IMG/VR virus record: IMGVR_UViG_3300037070_006409
Span: 12,205-76,204 of that record
Source of the DNA: a virus
Length of the DNA: 64,000 nucleotides
Strand: one strand, 5' to 3'
The notes beneath the pieces are model-generated. The model was not told the origin of the DNA. It saw nothing but the letters and a program-made list of their open reading frames with translations, and did no database searches. Made by a program: the position numbers and the translations under genes. Shown here piece after piece: positions 19,076-27,921 of this stretch (positions are counted from its first letter, which is position 1; each line of letters opens with the position of its first letter).

Positions 19076-19621
19076 ATGCCACGTGTCCTCAGCGACGATG
19101 CGCTCGATCGACTTCGCGAATATCCAGGCTGGAGCCAGAACGCCCCCGAGCATCACGCGATCGCGCTCGTCACCGCCAACGAGTCGGCGAGGCTTCGGGA
19201 ACATGCGCAGGAAGTCCGCGACGGCCTGATCCCGCTCCACGCCAACGAACTGACCCTGCCGCTCTGGGAGACGATGCTCAGGCTCCCGGTCAATCCGGAA
19301 GGACAGAGCATCGAACAGCGCCGCGCTCGGGTGCTCTCCCAGCTCCTCGCCACCCCGCCCGACCCAGCCGGTTCCTCCTGGGAGGACCGCATCACCACCC
19401 TGATCGGCCCCGGCTGGAGCTACGAGGAGGAAGAAGGCCCCGGCGAAGAACAGCAGCGTCTTCGAGTGAGGGTCGCCGCCAGCCCCGGCTCGGTCGCCTT
19501 CGCTTTTGCTCGCCGCGTAATCGAACGGGAGCGCCCGGCCGCCTGGGAGCTGATTATCGAATCCGAAGAGGGCTTCACGTTGGATCTCTCAGAACTGGAC
19601 TTGGAGCCGTTCGGCTCCTAG
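19076..19621 (+). CDS. Baseplate wedge subunit (XkdU/YmfQ-like)
   Basis: LPLWETML.LP....SIEQRRARVL...RPAAW; follows baseplate J. Confidence 0.75.
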   Translation: MPRVLSDDALDRLREYPGWSQNAPEHHAIALVTANESARLREHAQEVRDGLIPLHANELTLPLWETMLRLPVNPEGQSIEQRRARVLSQLLATPPDPAGSSWEDRITTLIGPGWSYEEEEGPGEEQQRLRVRVAASPGSVAFAFARRVIERERPAAWELIIESEEGFTLDLSELDLEPFGS

Positions 19622-19690
19622 CGGGTCGCCGGGCGCTGCCCTCACCCCTCGGCGGCGGGATCAGAATCCGGGGCGACCTAGACTCGCCGG

Positions 19691-21124
19691 GTGCCGCTCG
19701 ACCACGAATTCGATCGCGAAGACGTATTCCCGAGCTGGTTTCCTAACCGGCTCCAGGATTTCCTCAGCGCGGCTCGCACAGACCTTCGGCTGAGCCTCAA
19801 ATCCTCGACGGTCGTCCAGATCATCCCCGACGAAGCTCTCGGCATCGCAGCGGTCGCCATAGATGGCCGCTGGCGCTTCATCACCAAAACGATCGAACGG
19901 GTCCACCCCGGCGGTGCCAAAGGCACCTACGTCATCTGGGCGATCGCCACCGACAACGACGTTGACAACACGCCGGACCCCTTCACCGATCACACCGACT
20001 ACGCCTTCCAGCTACGGATCACGAGCGGGGCGAAACCCACGGGTGAAGGCGTTGAGGTCGTGGAGAAGATCGGGGAGATCGACTGGAGCGGAACCGAAAT
20101 CGAAGCTCTCCGCCAGACGCACAGCGCCGTCACCGGCCCGATGTTGGCGGACGGCGCTCTATCCAGCGAAGCACCCAGCGACATCACCTGGACGCGAGCA
20201 GCAAACGGAGGCTTGATCGCAGGCTTCAAGGCCAACTCGGTCGGCGCCACCGAGTTGGCCGACGAAGCCGTGGACACCAACGCGCTGATCGCCCTTGCGG
20301 TGACGACGGCGAAGATCGCGGCCGAAGCGATCACCGAAGCCAAGCTCGCCACCGGCTCGGTCGTCGCTGCCAAGATCGCTGCGCTAGCAGTCGAAACCGC
20401 CAAGATTGCCGCGAAAGCGGTGACCGAAGGAAAGCTTGGCGACGAAGCGGTGAACACCGGCCAGATCAAGGCGCTGGCGGTCACCTCGGCCAAGCTCGCG
20501 GCCGAAGCGGTGACCGGGGAAAAGGTCGGCGCGCTGGCGATTACGGAAGCCAAGCTCGCGGCCGAAGCGGTTAGCACAGCCAAGATCGCAAATCTCGCCG
20601 TCACCGAAGCGAAGCTCGCAAACGAAGGCGTCGCCACGGGGAAGATCAAAAACCTCGCGGTGACCGCAGCCAAGCTCGCCGAAGCAGCGGTCGAAGAAGC
20701 GAAGATCGCGGATGGGGCGGTGACATCGCGAAAGGCGAAACTAACTTCCGGCCTAGCCAAAATGACGGCTGACAAAAAACCGGGCGAAGCCTATGAAGAC
20801 GTTGAAGGGGCCAGTGCCACCTTCACGCTCGCGGTGAAATCGTTTGTAATTGTCGAGGCGGTATGGGATATGGAAGCCACCCCGACCGGCGAAATGATCG
20901 GCACGATGCGCTTCGATGCTGCCGACAACGCAGCGACGGCTCTCCTCAAGTGCAAAGGGGAAGCGGCTGTCGATGGCGAACGTGCCACGGTGCCGCAGGT
21001 CTACCGCGAAGAACTCGCGGCTGGCGAACATACGATCAAGATGCGGGTCAAAAAGGTCGGCATCTCGGGCGTCTCGCTCTATGCGGCCGGAACCCGCTTC
21101 ACGTATTTCGTCCACGCAGCCTAG
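19691..21124 (+). CDS. Tail fibre / receptor-binding protein
   Basis: Last gene of the tail module; central 10-aa repeats; C-terminal beta-sandwich-like region ending GEHTIKMRV. Confidence 0.7.
   Translation: MPLDHEFDREDVFPSWFPNRLQDFLSAARTDLRLSLKSSTVVQIIPDEALGIAAVAIDGRWRFITKTIERVHPGGAKGTYVIWAIATDNDVDNTPDPFTDHTDYAFQLRITSGAKPTGEGVEVVEKIGEIDWSGTEIEALRQTHSAVTGPMLADGALSSEAPSDITWTRAANGGLIAGFKANSVGATELADEAVDTNALIALAVTTAKIAAEAITEAKLATGSVVAAKIAALAVETAKIAAKAVTEGKLGDEAVNTGQIKALAVTSAKLAAEAVTGEKVGALAITEAKLAAEAVSTAKIANLAVTEAKLANEGVATGKIKNLAVTAAKLAEAAVEEAKIADGAVTSRKAKLTSGLAKMTADKKPGEAYEDVEGASATFTLAVKSFVIVEAVWDMEATPTGEMIGTMRFDAADNAATALLKCKGEAAVDGERATVPQVYREELAAGEHTIKMRVKKVGISGVSLYAAGTRFTYFVHAA
20237..20746 (+). 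repeat. 17 tandem decapeptide repeats (AVTxAKL/IAxx) in the tail fibre
   Basis: Counted from SVGATELADE to AVTSRKAKLT. Confidence 0.9.
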
Positions 21125-21684
21125 TAGTTGATCGCCCGGTGGACTCTGAGGGGGTGCCGCCGCCGATGGTGCCTGCGATGGCGACGAGGTTTAGCAGGGC
21201 GGGCTTCATGCAGCCGGGCTTCACAGCCAGGGAGGGCCGGCTTAAACGTGAACTTCCAGTACATCGGATTCGATTCGTCCGGGCTGTGGCCCAGGTGCAG
21301 CACATGGCCGTACTCATGCAAGACGATTCGACAGCGCACTTCGCGGGCCTTGGCCGGGATTAGCCCCGGTTCGGCAACCAAATTGTTGAGGGCAACGACT
21401 TCTTCGAGCTTGGCGATAGGCGTGATTTTGACTAGGCATTCGACCTCTTGCACCCCTTCGGGGAATTCACCGTCTCCGGCAAAGGTCGTCTGCCCGGCAA
21501 CTCCAAGCGGCAGCGGGGCTTCTTCGAAGCGTTCAGACGAGCACCACAGCGAGCGTGACCAGCCCCAATATTCCTTCGCGACTTGGATGTCATCGTCCAT
21601 CGTTGGAACTGCTGCGGAGGCTTGCCCCGCCACCGAGGCCAGCACAATGCCGAGGAGGAGGGCGCAGCGGAGAGGCTTGGTCAT
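21121..21684 (-). CDS. Secreted matrixin-like (M10) zinc metalloprotease
   Basis: Signal peptide MTKPLRCALLLGIVLASVAGQASA; HEYGHVLHLGH plus Met-turn SNPMY; Arg/His-rich tail; GAAGGAG RBS. Confidence 0.8.
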   Translation of the reverse strand: MTKPLRCALLLGIVLASVAGQASAAVPTMDDDIQVAKEYWGWSRSLWCSSERFEEAPLPLGVAGQTTFAGDGEFPEGVQEVECLVKITPIAKLEEVVALNNLVAEPGLIPAKAREVRCRIVLHEYGHVLHLGHSPDESNPMYWKFTFKPALPGCEARLHEARPAKPRRHRRHHRRRHPLRVHRAINY

Positions 21685-21738
21685 CGTTTCGCTCCTTCAG
21701 GAGTCGGGTTCGGGTGGTGGCCCAGATAATAGCAGGCA

Positions 21739-21753
21739 GGTAAGAAACTTACC
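21739..21753. promoter_or_regulatory. Palindrome GGTAAG-AAA-CTTACC between the divergent protease and endolysin genes
   Basis: Perfect 6-3-6 inverted repeat. On the - strand it is followed by TATTAT and CACCACCCGAACCCGA before the protease RBS. Confidence 0.7.
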
Positions 21754-21805
21754 AGCCATCACTCCCGGCCTGGCGGTTTCCCTTCTGCGGGGGGAGTAGT
21801 CTTCC

Positions 21806-22507
21806 GTGCCGGTGCCAGCACCCTCGTTTACCAAGAGCAGCCGCGGCCCGCGGGTCAAGAAGCTCCAGAAGGCGATCAAGGAAAACCTCAAGCACCGAGG
21901 TTTCGACCAGTGGGCCGACGGGATCATCGTGGACGGCGTGCCCGGCCCGATGACCTTCAAGATGGCCCGCCTCAACGGCTCGATGCGCGGCCTCTCCAAG
22001 CAGCAGCTTCGCAAGATCGCCAGGGGCACCCTCACTCGCCATGCCGAGCTGATCTTGCTCGGGGAGAAGAAACGCTCGCGCGCCATGAGGAAGCGCGAGA
22101 AGAAGCGCGCTCACCGCTTCAAGCGCATCCTCCACGAGTTGAACAACCCGCCCCGCGGCGACGGCATCGTCACCTTCGACGGCAAGCCATGCGCGAAGGA
22201 AATCGCCTTCTGGCTCCAGAAAGCCCGAGACAACGGCTGGGGCGGCGAACTCGTCAGCGGCGTGCGCTCGCCTGAGCACTCCGAGGACCTGTGCTTCGGT
22301 ATGTGCGGGGCGCCATCGTGCCCCGGCACCTGCGCCGGCCGCTCCTCCAACCACTGCTGCCCACCGAGCTTCAAGTGCAAGGAGGGCGAGGGCGCGGCGG
22401 ACTGCTCCGACTACCTCAACCTCGCCGTGATCCTGCGCCGGATCGGCGCTCCCATCTTCAATGCACTTCCGCAAGATAGGGTGCACTTCAGCTATACGGG
22501 AGCCTGA
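21806..22507 (+). CDS. Endolysin: peptidoglycan-binding domain + M15-family Zn peptidase
   Basis: GPRVKKLQ...VDGVPGPMT (PG binding); VSGVRS...SNH...AAD...VHF (M15 ligands). The start may be GTG 21812. Confidence 0.75.
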   Translation: MPVPAPSFTKSSRGPRVKKLQKAIKENLKHRGFDQWADGIIVDGVPGPMTFKMARLNGSMRGLSKQQLRKIARGTLTRHAELILLGEKKRSRAMRKREKKRAHRFKRILHELNNPPRGDGIVTFDGKPCAKEIAFWLQKARDNGWGGELVSGVRSPEHSEDLCFGMCGAPSCPGTCAGRSSNHCCPPSFKCKEGEGAADCSDYLNLAVILRRIGAPIFNALPQDRVHFSYTGA

Positions 22508-23121
22508 TGTCCCGCCCATGCGAGCCAGGATGCTCCTGTGGCCGACATCGCCGTGATCCAGCCGTGAGCAAGAGGGTCGCTGAAAAACTACGGGGCCGCC
22601 CGAAGTCAGCCACGCATCGCGCAAAGCTCGCAGAGGCCAACCGGCTACCTCCCCTTTCCGCAGAGGATTTCTGGGAGCAAGTCGAGCGCAGGGCCGAGGA
22701 CAAGTGCTGGGAGTGGTCGGGGACGCGCTTCCAGCAGGACGGCTACGGGCGCTGCCGAGGGAAACGTGCTCATCGGCTCGCTTGGGAGTTCTCCAACGGA
22801 CCAATTCCCGAGGGTCTACAGGTGCTCCACCACTGCGACAACCCCCCCTGCTGCAACCCGGCTCATCTGTATCTAGGCACCGTCATTGAGAACGTCCGCG
22901 ACCGCGTAGAGCGGGACAGGGGCGTCAAGGGCGAGCGGGTGAATACCAACAAGCTGACTGAGGATGAGGTTCGTGCGATCCGGTATCTCTGTGACGAGGG
23001 CTGGGTTCACCGCGACATCGCAAACGCCTTTGGGGTGACGCCAGCAATGGTGGGGTATATCGCCCGTCGCCAAAGCTGGCAACATCTGCCCGAGCATCAA
23101 CTACAGGAGGCAGCAGCATGA
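22507..23121 (+). CDS. HNH homing endonuclease
   Basis: CWEWSG...GYG...AHRLAW...VLHHCDNPPCCNPAHLYLGT..EN plus C-terminal HTH. Confidence 0.92.
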   Translation: MSRPCEPGCSCGRHRRDPAVSKRVAEKLRGRPKSATHRAKLAEANRLPPLSAEDFWEQVERRAEDKCWEWSGTRFQQDGYGRCRGKRAHRLAWEFSNGPIPEGLQVLHHCDNPPCCNPAHLYLGTVIENVRDRVERDRGVKGERVNTNKLTEDEVRAIRYLCDEGWVHRDIANAFGVTPAMVGYIARRQSWQHLPEHQLQEAAA

Positions 23122-23555
23122 TCTTTGGATATACCTTCCCCGAGGTTCGCAAGGCGGTGATGTCCTTCGCCATCTTCGCCCTCACCACCCTCGCCTTGGT
23201 CTTCGTCTACGACCCCGGCATCAAGGACGCGATCATCGTGGTGCTCGGCAACGGGTTCGCGGTCGCAGCCGTCTTCTACGCCCCCAAGTTCTCGGTCGAA
23301 GACCTGACCAAGATGGTCGGGCAGCTATTCGGCTCGGTGCAGTCTCTGCTCACCTTCTTCGTCGTCATCGACCCGAACGTGTGGGTCGTCATCGGCGCCG
23401 TCGTCTCGCTGATCCCCATCGGCTACGCCGTCTTCAAGACGAAGAACCTGGAGCCGATCAACGCTCTCGTGCCATCGCCGGAGTTCTTCGGGCCACCCGA
23501 ATCGAGCGCCGAAGCGAAGAAGACGACAACCGCTTCTGCTCCACCCGAGGGGTAG
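23118..23555 (+). CDS. Holin-like membrane protein
   Basis: Several hydrophobic segments; lies in the lysis cassette; CAGGAGG RBS. Confidence 0.6.
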   Translation: MIFGYTFPEVRKAVMSFAIFALTTLALVFVYDPGIKDAIIVVLGNGFAVAAVFYAPKFSVEDLTKMVGQLFGSVQSLLTFFVVIDPNVWVVIGAVVSLIPIGYAVFKTKNLEPINALVPSPEFFGPPESSAEAKKTTTASAPPEG

Positions 23556-23559
23556 GGCG

Positions 23560-23988
23560 ATGCCGACCCGCGACACCTTCGCTCGTGCCTTCCTGCGCGA
23601 GATCGAGGCGCCGGTCAAGCAGCACAACTTGATCGCCCTCGTCGCCTGGATGCAGGCCGAGGGCCTCGGGGGGTCCTACAACCCCCTCAACACCACGCTG
23701 CATATGCCGGGTTCGACCCGCTTCAACTTCGCCGACGTGCAGAACTACGTTGACTTCGACCAGGGCGTGAGGGCCACTGCCCGCACGCTGGTCGAGGGGG
23801 CGCACAAGGCTGACGACCCCTTCGGCTATCGCGCCATCCTGCGCCGTCTGCGCGCGAACGCGCCGGCTCGCTACACGTTGAAGGCGGTCGAGGTGTCGGC
23901 GTGGGGCACCGGTGGACTCGCCCTCGCGTGCCGAAAGCAGACGGTGAATCACTACGACCACTTTGCTGCGATGCCCATCGCCACCTGA
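23560..23988 (+). CDS. Lysozyme-like muralytic enzyme (second lysin)
   Basis: AWMQAEG...YNPLNTT...N...VQNY...GVRATARTL...Y..I...L pattern of lysozyme-like domains. Confidence 0.6.
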   Translation: MPTRDTFARAFLREIEAPVKQHNLIALVAWMQAEGLGGSYNPLNTTLHMPGSTRFNFADVQNYVDFDQGVRATARTLVEGAHKADDPFGYRAILRRLRANAPARYTLKAVEVSAWGTGGLALACRKQTVNHYDHFAAMPIAT

Positions 23989-24083
23989 CCTTGGGCGGCC
24001 GCAGTAGCGGCGAGCAGGTAGACTGCTGTCTGAGACCGATCGCCTTCTTCGCTTCGGCGGGGTTCGGGTGGTGATCGGATAGC

Positions 24084-24110
24084 AAACGGGCGCCCCAGGG
24101 CGTCCGTTTT
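24084..24110. terminator. Hairpin terminator ending the lysis cassette (possibly bidirectional)
   Basis: AAACGGGCGCC-CCAG-GGCGTCCGTTTT. Confidence 0.65.
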
Positions 24111-24119
24111 GCGTTTGAT

Positions 24120-24143
24120 GGTAAGTTTCAGACCACCACCCGA
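24120..24143 (+). promoter_or_regulatory. GGTAAG-TTT-CAGACC + CACCACCCGA element
   Basis: Upstream of the CAGGAGG RBS and ATG 24166; includes extended -10-like TG-G-TAAGTT. Confidence 0.6.
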
Positions 24144-24165
24144 ATCCGCTACAACAGGAGGCACC

Positions 24166-25110
24166 ATGAGCACGAAGGCGACGACCCCGGAGATCATCTC
24201 CCTCGCCAGCACGTTCTCGGCCGACGAACAGGCCGCCATCGCGAACTTCGCGGGCGTCACCATCGACCACCCCTCGTTCCTGCCCTACCTTGGCATCGCA
24301 AGCCATCTCGGCCTCTCGCCTCTTCTGGGCGAGATCTGGCTGATCGAGACCCAAACCTTCGACCGCAGCACCGGGCAGTGGGTCGCGGCTCTGCGCCCTG
24401 CGGTCGGCCGCGATGGCTTCCTCAAAGTCGCGCGGCGCAGCAAGAATGTCATGGTCCCGCCGCGCTCCAACGTCGTCTGCGCCAACGACTACTTCAAGTT
24501 CACCGACAAGGGCGGCGATGTCGAGATCGAGCACTCCGTGACCCTCGCTGGCAGCGATGAGGAGAACGAGCTCGCCCATGCCCGCGGGCCAGTCCTCGGA
24601 GCATGGGCCAAGCTCTACTACCGCGACCGCACTCCCCCCTTCTTCTACTACGCCCCGATCGAGGAGCACGGCAAGCGTGGTCCGACCGCTCAGGACGGCG
24701 ACGAGCCCGTAGATGATTGGATCGGCGCCTGGAGCTACACGCACGCGATGATCGCCAAGTGCGCGCAGTCCTACGTGCTGCGCATCGGCGCCTCGATCAC
24801 CGGGGTCGTTCCCGCCGACGAGATCCATGGCATCGAGATCATCGGGGGCGGGGCTGGCAACGCCTCTAAGGCTCGCTCCGTCCCGGCTGACAGCGAGGGG
24901 ATTGTGCACGCGTTGGAGAACGTCTCCGACGAGACCAAGGAGAAGCTGGTCGCCGCCCTGGCGCGGGTCAACGAGCTGTCCCCGTTCTCCTGGGCGACGG
25001 CGAAGGTCTCCGTGGTCCTCGCCGAGGCCGACGAAGAGGCCGCCAAGGGCGTGCTCACCGACATCGAGCGCGAGATTGAGAAGCTCGAAAAGGATGAGGT
25101 CCGCGCGTGA
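24166..25110 (+). CDS. Bet/RecT-family single-strand annealing protein
   Basis: HLGLSPLLGEIW...VGRDGFLKVA...GAWAK...W....AMIAKCA...LR; paired with an exonuclease. Confidence 0.8.
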   Translation: MSTKATTPEIISLASTFSADEQAAIANFAGVTIDHPSFLPYLGIASHLGLSPLLGEIWLIETQTFDRSTGQWVAALRPAVGRDGFLKVARRSKNVMVPPRSNVVCANDYFKFTDKGGDVEIEHSVTLAGSDEENELAHARGPVLGAWAKLYYRDRTPPFFYYAPIEEHGKRGPTAQDGDEPVDDWIGAWSYTHAMIAKCAQSYVLRIGASITGVVPADEIHGIEIIGGGAGNASKARSVPADSEGIVHALENVSDETKEKLVAALARVNELSPFSWATAKVSVVLAEADEEAAKGVLTDIEREIEKLEKDEVRA

Positions 25111-26348
25111 GCGCGGACCTCATTCCATTCCCCGATAGGTCGATCACGCTAGATGAGGTGATCAAGCGCTGGCCGACCCTGCGCCAGAGCCTGCTTGCGG
25201 ACTTCGATGACTGCTCTCTCTTCTCCTACTTCGGGATGCGCTACACCCAGGGCTGGAGCACCCACCCCCAGGCCCGAGGGACGATCTTCCACCGCTTCGC
25301 TGCCGAGTGCCTGCGCACAATGCAGACCCAGGACTCCGAGCAGATGCCGGTCGGCTCCGCCCTGGCGATCCTAGAGGAGGTCCTCGAACAGCGCGGCGTC
25401 CCCTCTCGCGACCTCGTGCGCCTCCCGCTCCGTGAAATCCCGGTCCTGCGCATGGCCGCATCGAAGTTCGCGAAAGACAACCGCTTCACCATCCGTAACG
25501 TCTGGGACATAGAGAAACGGCTGGAGGCGACCCTCACCTACGCCGACGACGAAGGCACGCTGCGGCCGCGACAGCTCACCGGGAAGCCCGACGCGATCGT
25601 CCTCGATCCCGATCGCCCGAAAGACGGGCTGATCGTTCTCGACTTTAAGACGACCTGGGCGCTGCCGCCCGAGCGGGAAGGAACCGAGCGTGACGCCGCC
25701 GAGAAGGGCCTCTCCTACCACGGCTACTTCCAGCAGCGCTTCTACGCCTGGCTAATCCTCAAGACCTACCCGAAGATCAATTGGGTGACGCTGCGCGAGT
25801 TCTACGTCTACCGCTCCAAACCACGACAGGCCACTGTCCACCGCCGCGCCCTAGAGCAGATCGAGGAAGAGCTGGCGAACCTGGCGCGCGACTTCGACCG
25901 CGCCGCCGCCTACGGCAAACCGCCGAAGCTCCGCTACCCCGAGATCCAGGAGTCGCCCTGGGAGCCGTCGCCTGGCAAGCATTGCCAGTTTTGCCCTCTT
26001 CGCCACCGCTGCCCGATTGACGACGAGGTGCTGAGCGCGATCGCGATCCAGAGCGAGGATCAGGCCCGCCGCGCCGTCGCTCGCCTGGAGGTATCCGAGG
26101 CCACGACGAAACAGATCAAGGAAGCCGTGCGCCCCTACATCGAGGAGCACGGGCCGGTCGTCAGCCGCCACTCCAAGGGCCGCCGGGCCTACGGGCTGAG
26201 AACGAATAGCGCAGGGAAACCCGAAGCCAGGTTTTTTGTGCCGGAAGGGAGCGACAGGGCACCCACGCGACAACCCGAGGAAGATGGGCGTCTTGAGGAT
26301 GCCCTGCGTCGAGCTGCTGAGGTCGCGAGAGAGGAGGAAGCGGCGTGA
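25107..26348 (+). CDS. PD-(D/E)XK exonuclease (RecB/Cas4-like)
   Basis: GTIFH...IEKRL...LTGKPD...IVLDFKT...QQRFY...PSPGKHCQFCPLRHRCP. Confidence 0.85.
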   Translation: MSADLIPFPDRSITLDEVIKRWPTLRQSLLADFDDCSLFSYFGMRYTQGWSTHPQARGTIFHRFAAECLRTMQTQDSEQMPVGSALAILEEVLEQRGVPSRDLVRLPLREIPVLRMAASKFAKDNRFTIRNVWDIEKRLEATLTYADDEGTLRPRQLTGKPDAIVLDPDRPKDGLIVLDFKTTWALPPEREGTERDAAEKGLSYHGYFQQRFYAWLILKTYPKINWVTLREFYVYRSKPRQATVHRRALEQIEEELANLARDFDRAAAYGKPPKLRYPEIQESPWEPSPGKHCQFCPLRHRCPIDDEVLSAIAIQSEDQARRAVARLEVSEATTKQIKEAVRPYIEEHGPVVSRHSKGRRAYGLRTNSAGKPEARFFVPEGSDRAPTRQPEEDGRLEDALRRAAEVAREEEAA

Positions 26349-26761
26349 GATCGGTCGAAGAGCGGTTCTGGGAAAAGGTTGACCGGCAGGACGATTCGGA
26401 CTGTTGGCCCTGGCTCGGGGGAACGCGCCGAGGGGGGTACGGGGAGTTCTGGGTTGAAGGAAGGATCGTTACTGCGCACCGCTTCGCCTACGAGCTTCTG
26501 ATCGGGCCGATCCCGGCTGGCTTGGCGCTGGATCACCGATGCGAACAGCCGAGCTGCGTAAATCCATTCCACTGCGAGCCAGCGACCAACGTCGAGAATG
26601 TTCTGCGCGGGGCCTCCGGGCCAGCCGTGAATGCCCGGAAGACGCACTGCCACCGAGGGCATCCGTTCGATGAGGAGAACACGTATTTTCGGCCAAATGG
26701 TCGGCGAAGCTGCCGTCGCTGTTCGCGTGAGGACCGGCGACGTGAAAGGCTGGGCGCGTGA
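26345..26761 (+). CDS. HNH homing endonuclease
   Basis: CWPWLG...GYG...AHRFAY...LDHRCEQPSCVNPFH...NVEN...KTHCHRGH. Confidence 0.92.
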   Translation: MRSVEERFWEKVDRQDDSDCWPWLGGTRRGGYGEFWVEGRIVTAHRFAYELLIGPIPAGLALDHRCEQPSCVNPFHCEPATNVENVLRGASGPAVNARKTHCHRGHPFDEENTYFRPNGRRSCRRCSREDRRRERLGA

Positions 26762-26907
26762 TGATGGCCGTGCGCTTCTGGGAGCTGCTCACCGGCTCGG
26801 CGCTCTTCGGTGTCGTCCTCAGCCTCGCGACGCTCGACCCCGGCGTGCTCCTCTTCTCCGTGCTCCTCCTCCTCGTCTGCTGCGTGCACTGGAAGCGGTG
26901 GGGCTGA
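26761..26907 (+). CDS. Small membrane protein (48 aa)
   Basis: MMAVRFWELLTGSALFGVVLSL...VLLLLVCC; coupled on both sides by overlapping start/stop codons. Confidence 0.5.
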   Translation: MMAVRFWELLTGSALFGVVLSLATLDPGVLLFSVLLLLVCCVHWKRWG

Positions 26908-27068
26908 TGACGGCCTCAAGGTTGTTCGCGGCAGCGTTGTTTCTTTTCGGTACCAGCCTTATAGGTCTTCTGACCCACCACGATGGCCATGAAATAGGTA
27001 TCGCAGTCGGTGGCTATCTCGTAGGAGTCGCCGCCTCCTTGTTCGCAGCTTCTCTAGGGAAAGGCTGA
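26907..27068 (+). CDS. Small two-helix membrane protein
   Basis: MTASRLFAAALFLFG...YLVGVAASLF; TGATG coupling. Confidence 0.5.
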   Translation: MTASRLFAAALFLFGTSLIGLLTHHDGHEIGIAVGGYLVGVAASLFAASLGKG

Positions 27069-27910
27069 TGGCGCAGGTGCCCGTCGGCCTCTCCTGTCCC
27101 GAGGGGCACTTCAACGCCTTCGGCCAGCTCTGGGAGCCGGTGAAGGACACCGACCTCGACAAGCTCGCCGAACGGGCTGCGCTGCCGGCGGCGTGCGCGA
27201 CGTGTGGCTCTGAGGCCCAGGGCCTGCCACACGTCGAGGGTCGGGAACGCGAACAGGATCGGTTGGCCCGCGTTGGCGGCCGCAACACCGCTAAGACCTG
27301 GAAGCGCCGAACTCCTGTCGGCGAGTCGGCATACACCGAGCGGACCTGCAAATTGGAGAGCTGCGGGAAATCGTTCAAGGTGTGGCGATGGAAGACGCCG
27401 ATGCAGGCCTTTTGTTCTCGCGGGTGCTTCAACGCCTGGCAGGCTCTCCCAGAACAGCGGAAGAAGGCACGCGAAAAGCGAAAGGGCCGCCGTAATCCCA
27501 GGAATGCGGGAGCGAACAACGGTCGGTATAAACACGGAAAGCGAGTCGGTGGGAACGACCGGATTGAGGGCGAGCGCTTTCGATCACAGATGAAGGAAGT
27601 CTGCGAGGCTCCTTGGTGCGACGGCCGCGGGCCATTCGATTCACATCACGTCATCTACCGCCAAGAGGTGCGCCGCCGCGGAGGAGATCAGGGTGACCCG
27701 GAGAACTCGTTGACGCTCTGCCACGGGTGCCATTCCAGCCATCATCGGCGTGGCCGAGTGATTCCTTTGACCGCACTTCGGGACGAAAACATCCAGTGGG
27801 CATTCGGGCTGATGGGTGCGGCCGCCTACAACTACTTCAAACGAAGCTATGCCGGGGACGACCCGCGCATCGACGCCGCGCTTGCGGCTCTTGACGATCA
27901 ACCCAAGTAA
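27068..27910 (+). CDS. Zn-finger-rich HNH endonuclease
   Basis: CATC, CKLESC, FCSRGC, then DSHHVI...NSLTLCHGCHSSHH. Confidence 0.75.
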   Translation: MAQVPVGLSCPEGHFNAFGQLWEPVKDTDLDKLAERAALPAACATCGSEAQGLPHVEGREREQDRLARVGGRNTAKTWKRRTPVGESAYTERTCKLESCGKSFKVWRWKTPMQAFCSRGCFNAWQALPEQRKKAREKRKGRRNPRNAGANNGRYKHGKRVGGNDRIEGERFRSQMKEVCEAPWCDGRGPFDSHHVIYRQEVRRRGGDQGDPENSLTLCHGCHSSHHRRGRVIPLTALRDENIQWAFGLMGAAAYNYFKRSYAGDDPRIDAALAALDDQPK

Positions 27911-27921
27911 GGAGAATCCCT

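Noticed and set aside
23723-24085. Minus-strand ORF behind the inverted CACCACCCGA box at about 24060
   Set aside because: There is no RBS or convincing start after the box and it overlaps the lysozyme-like gene; at most an antisense transcript, which cannot be supported from sequence alone.
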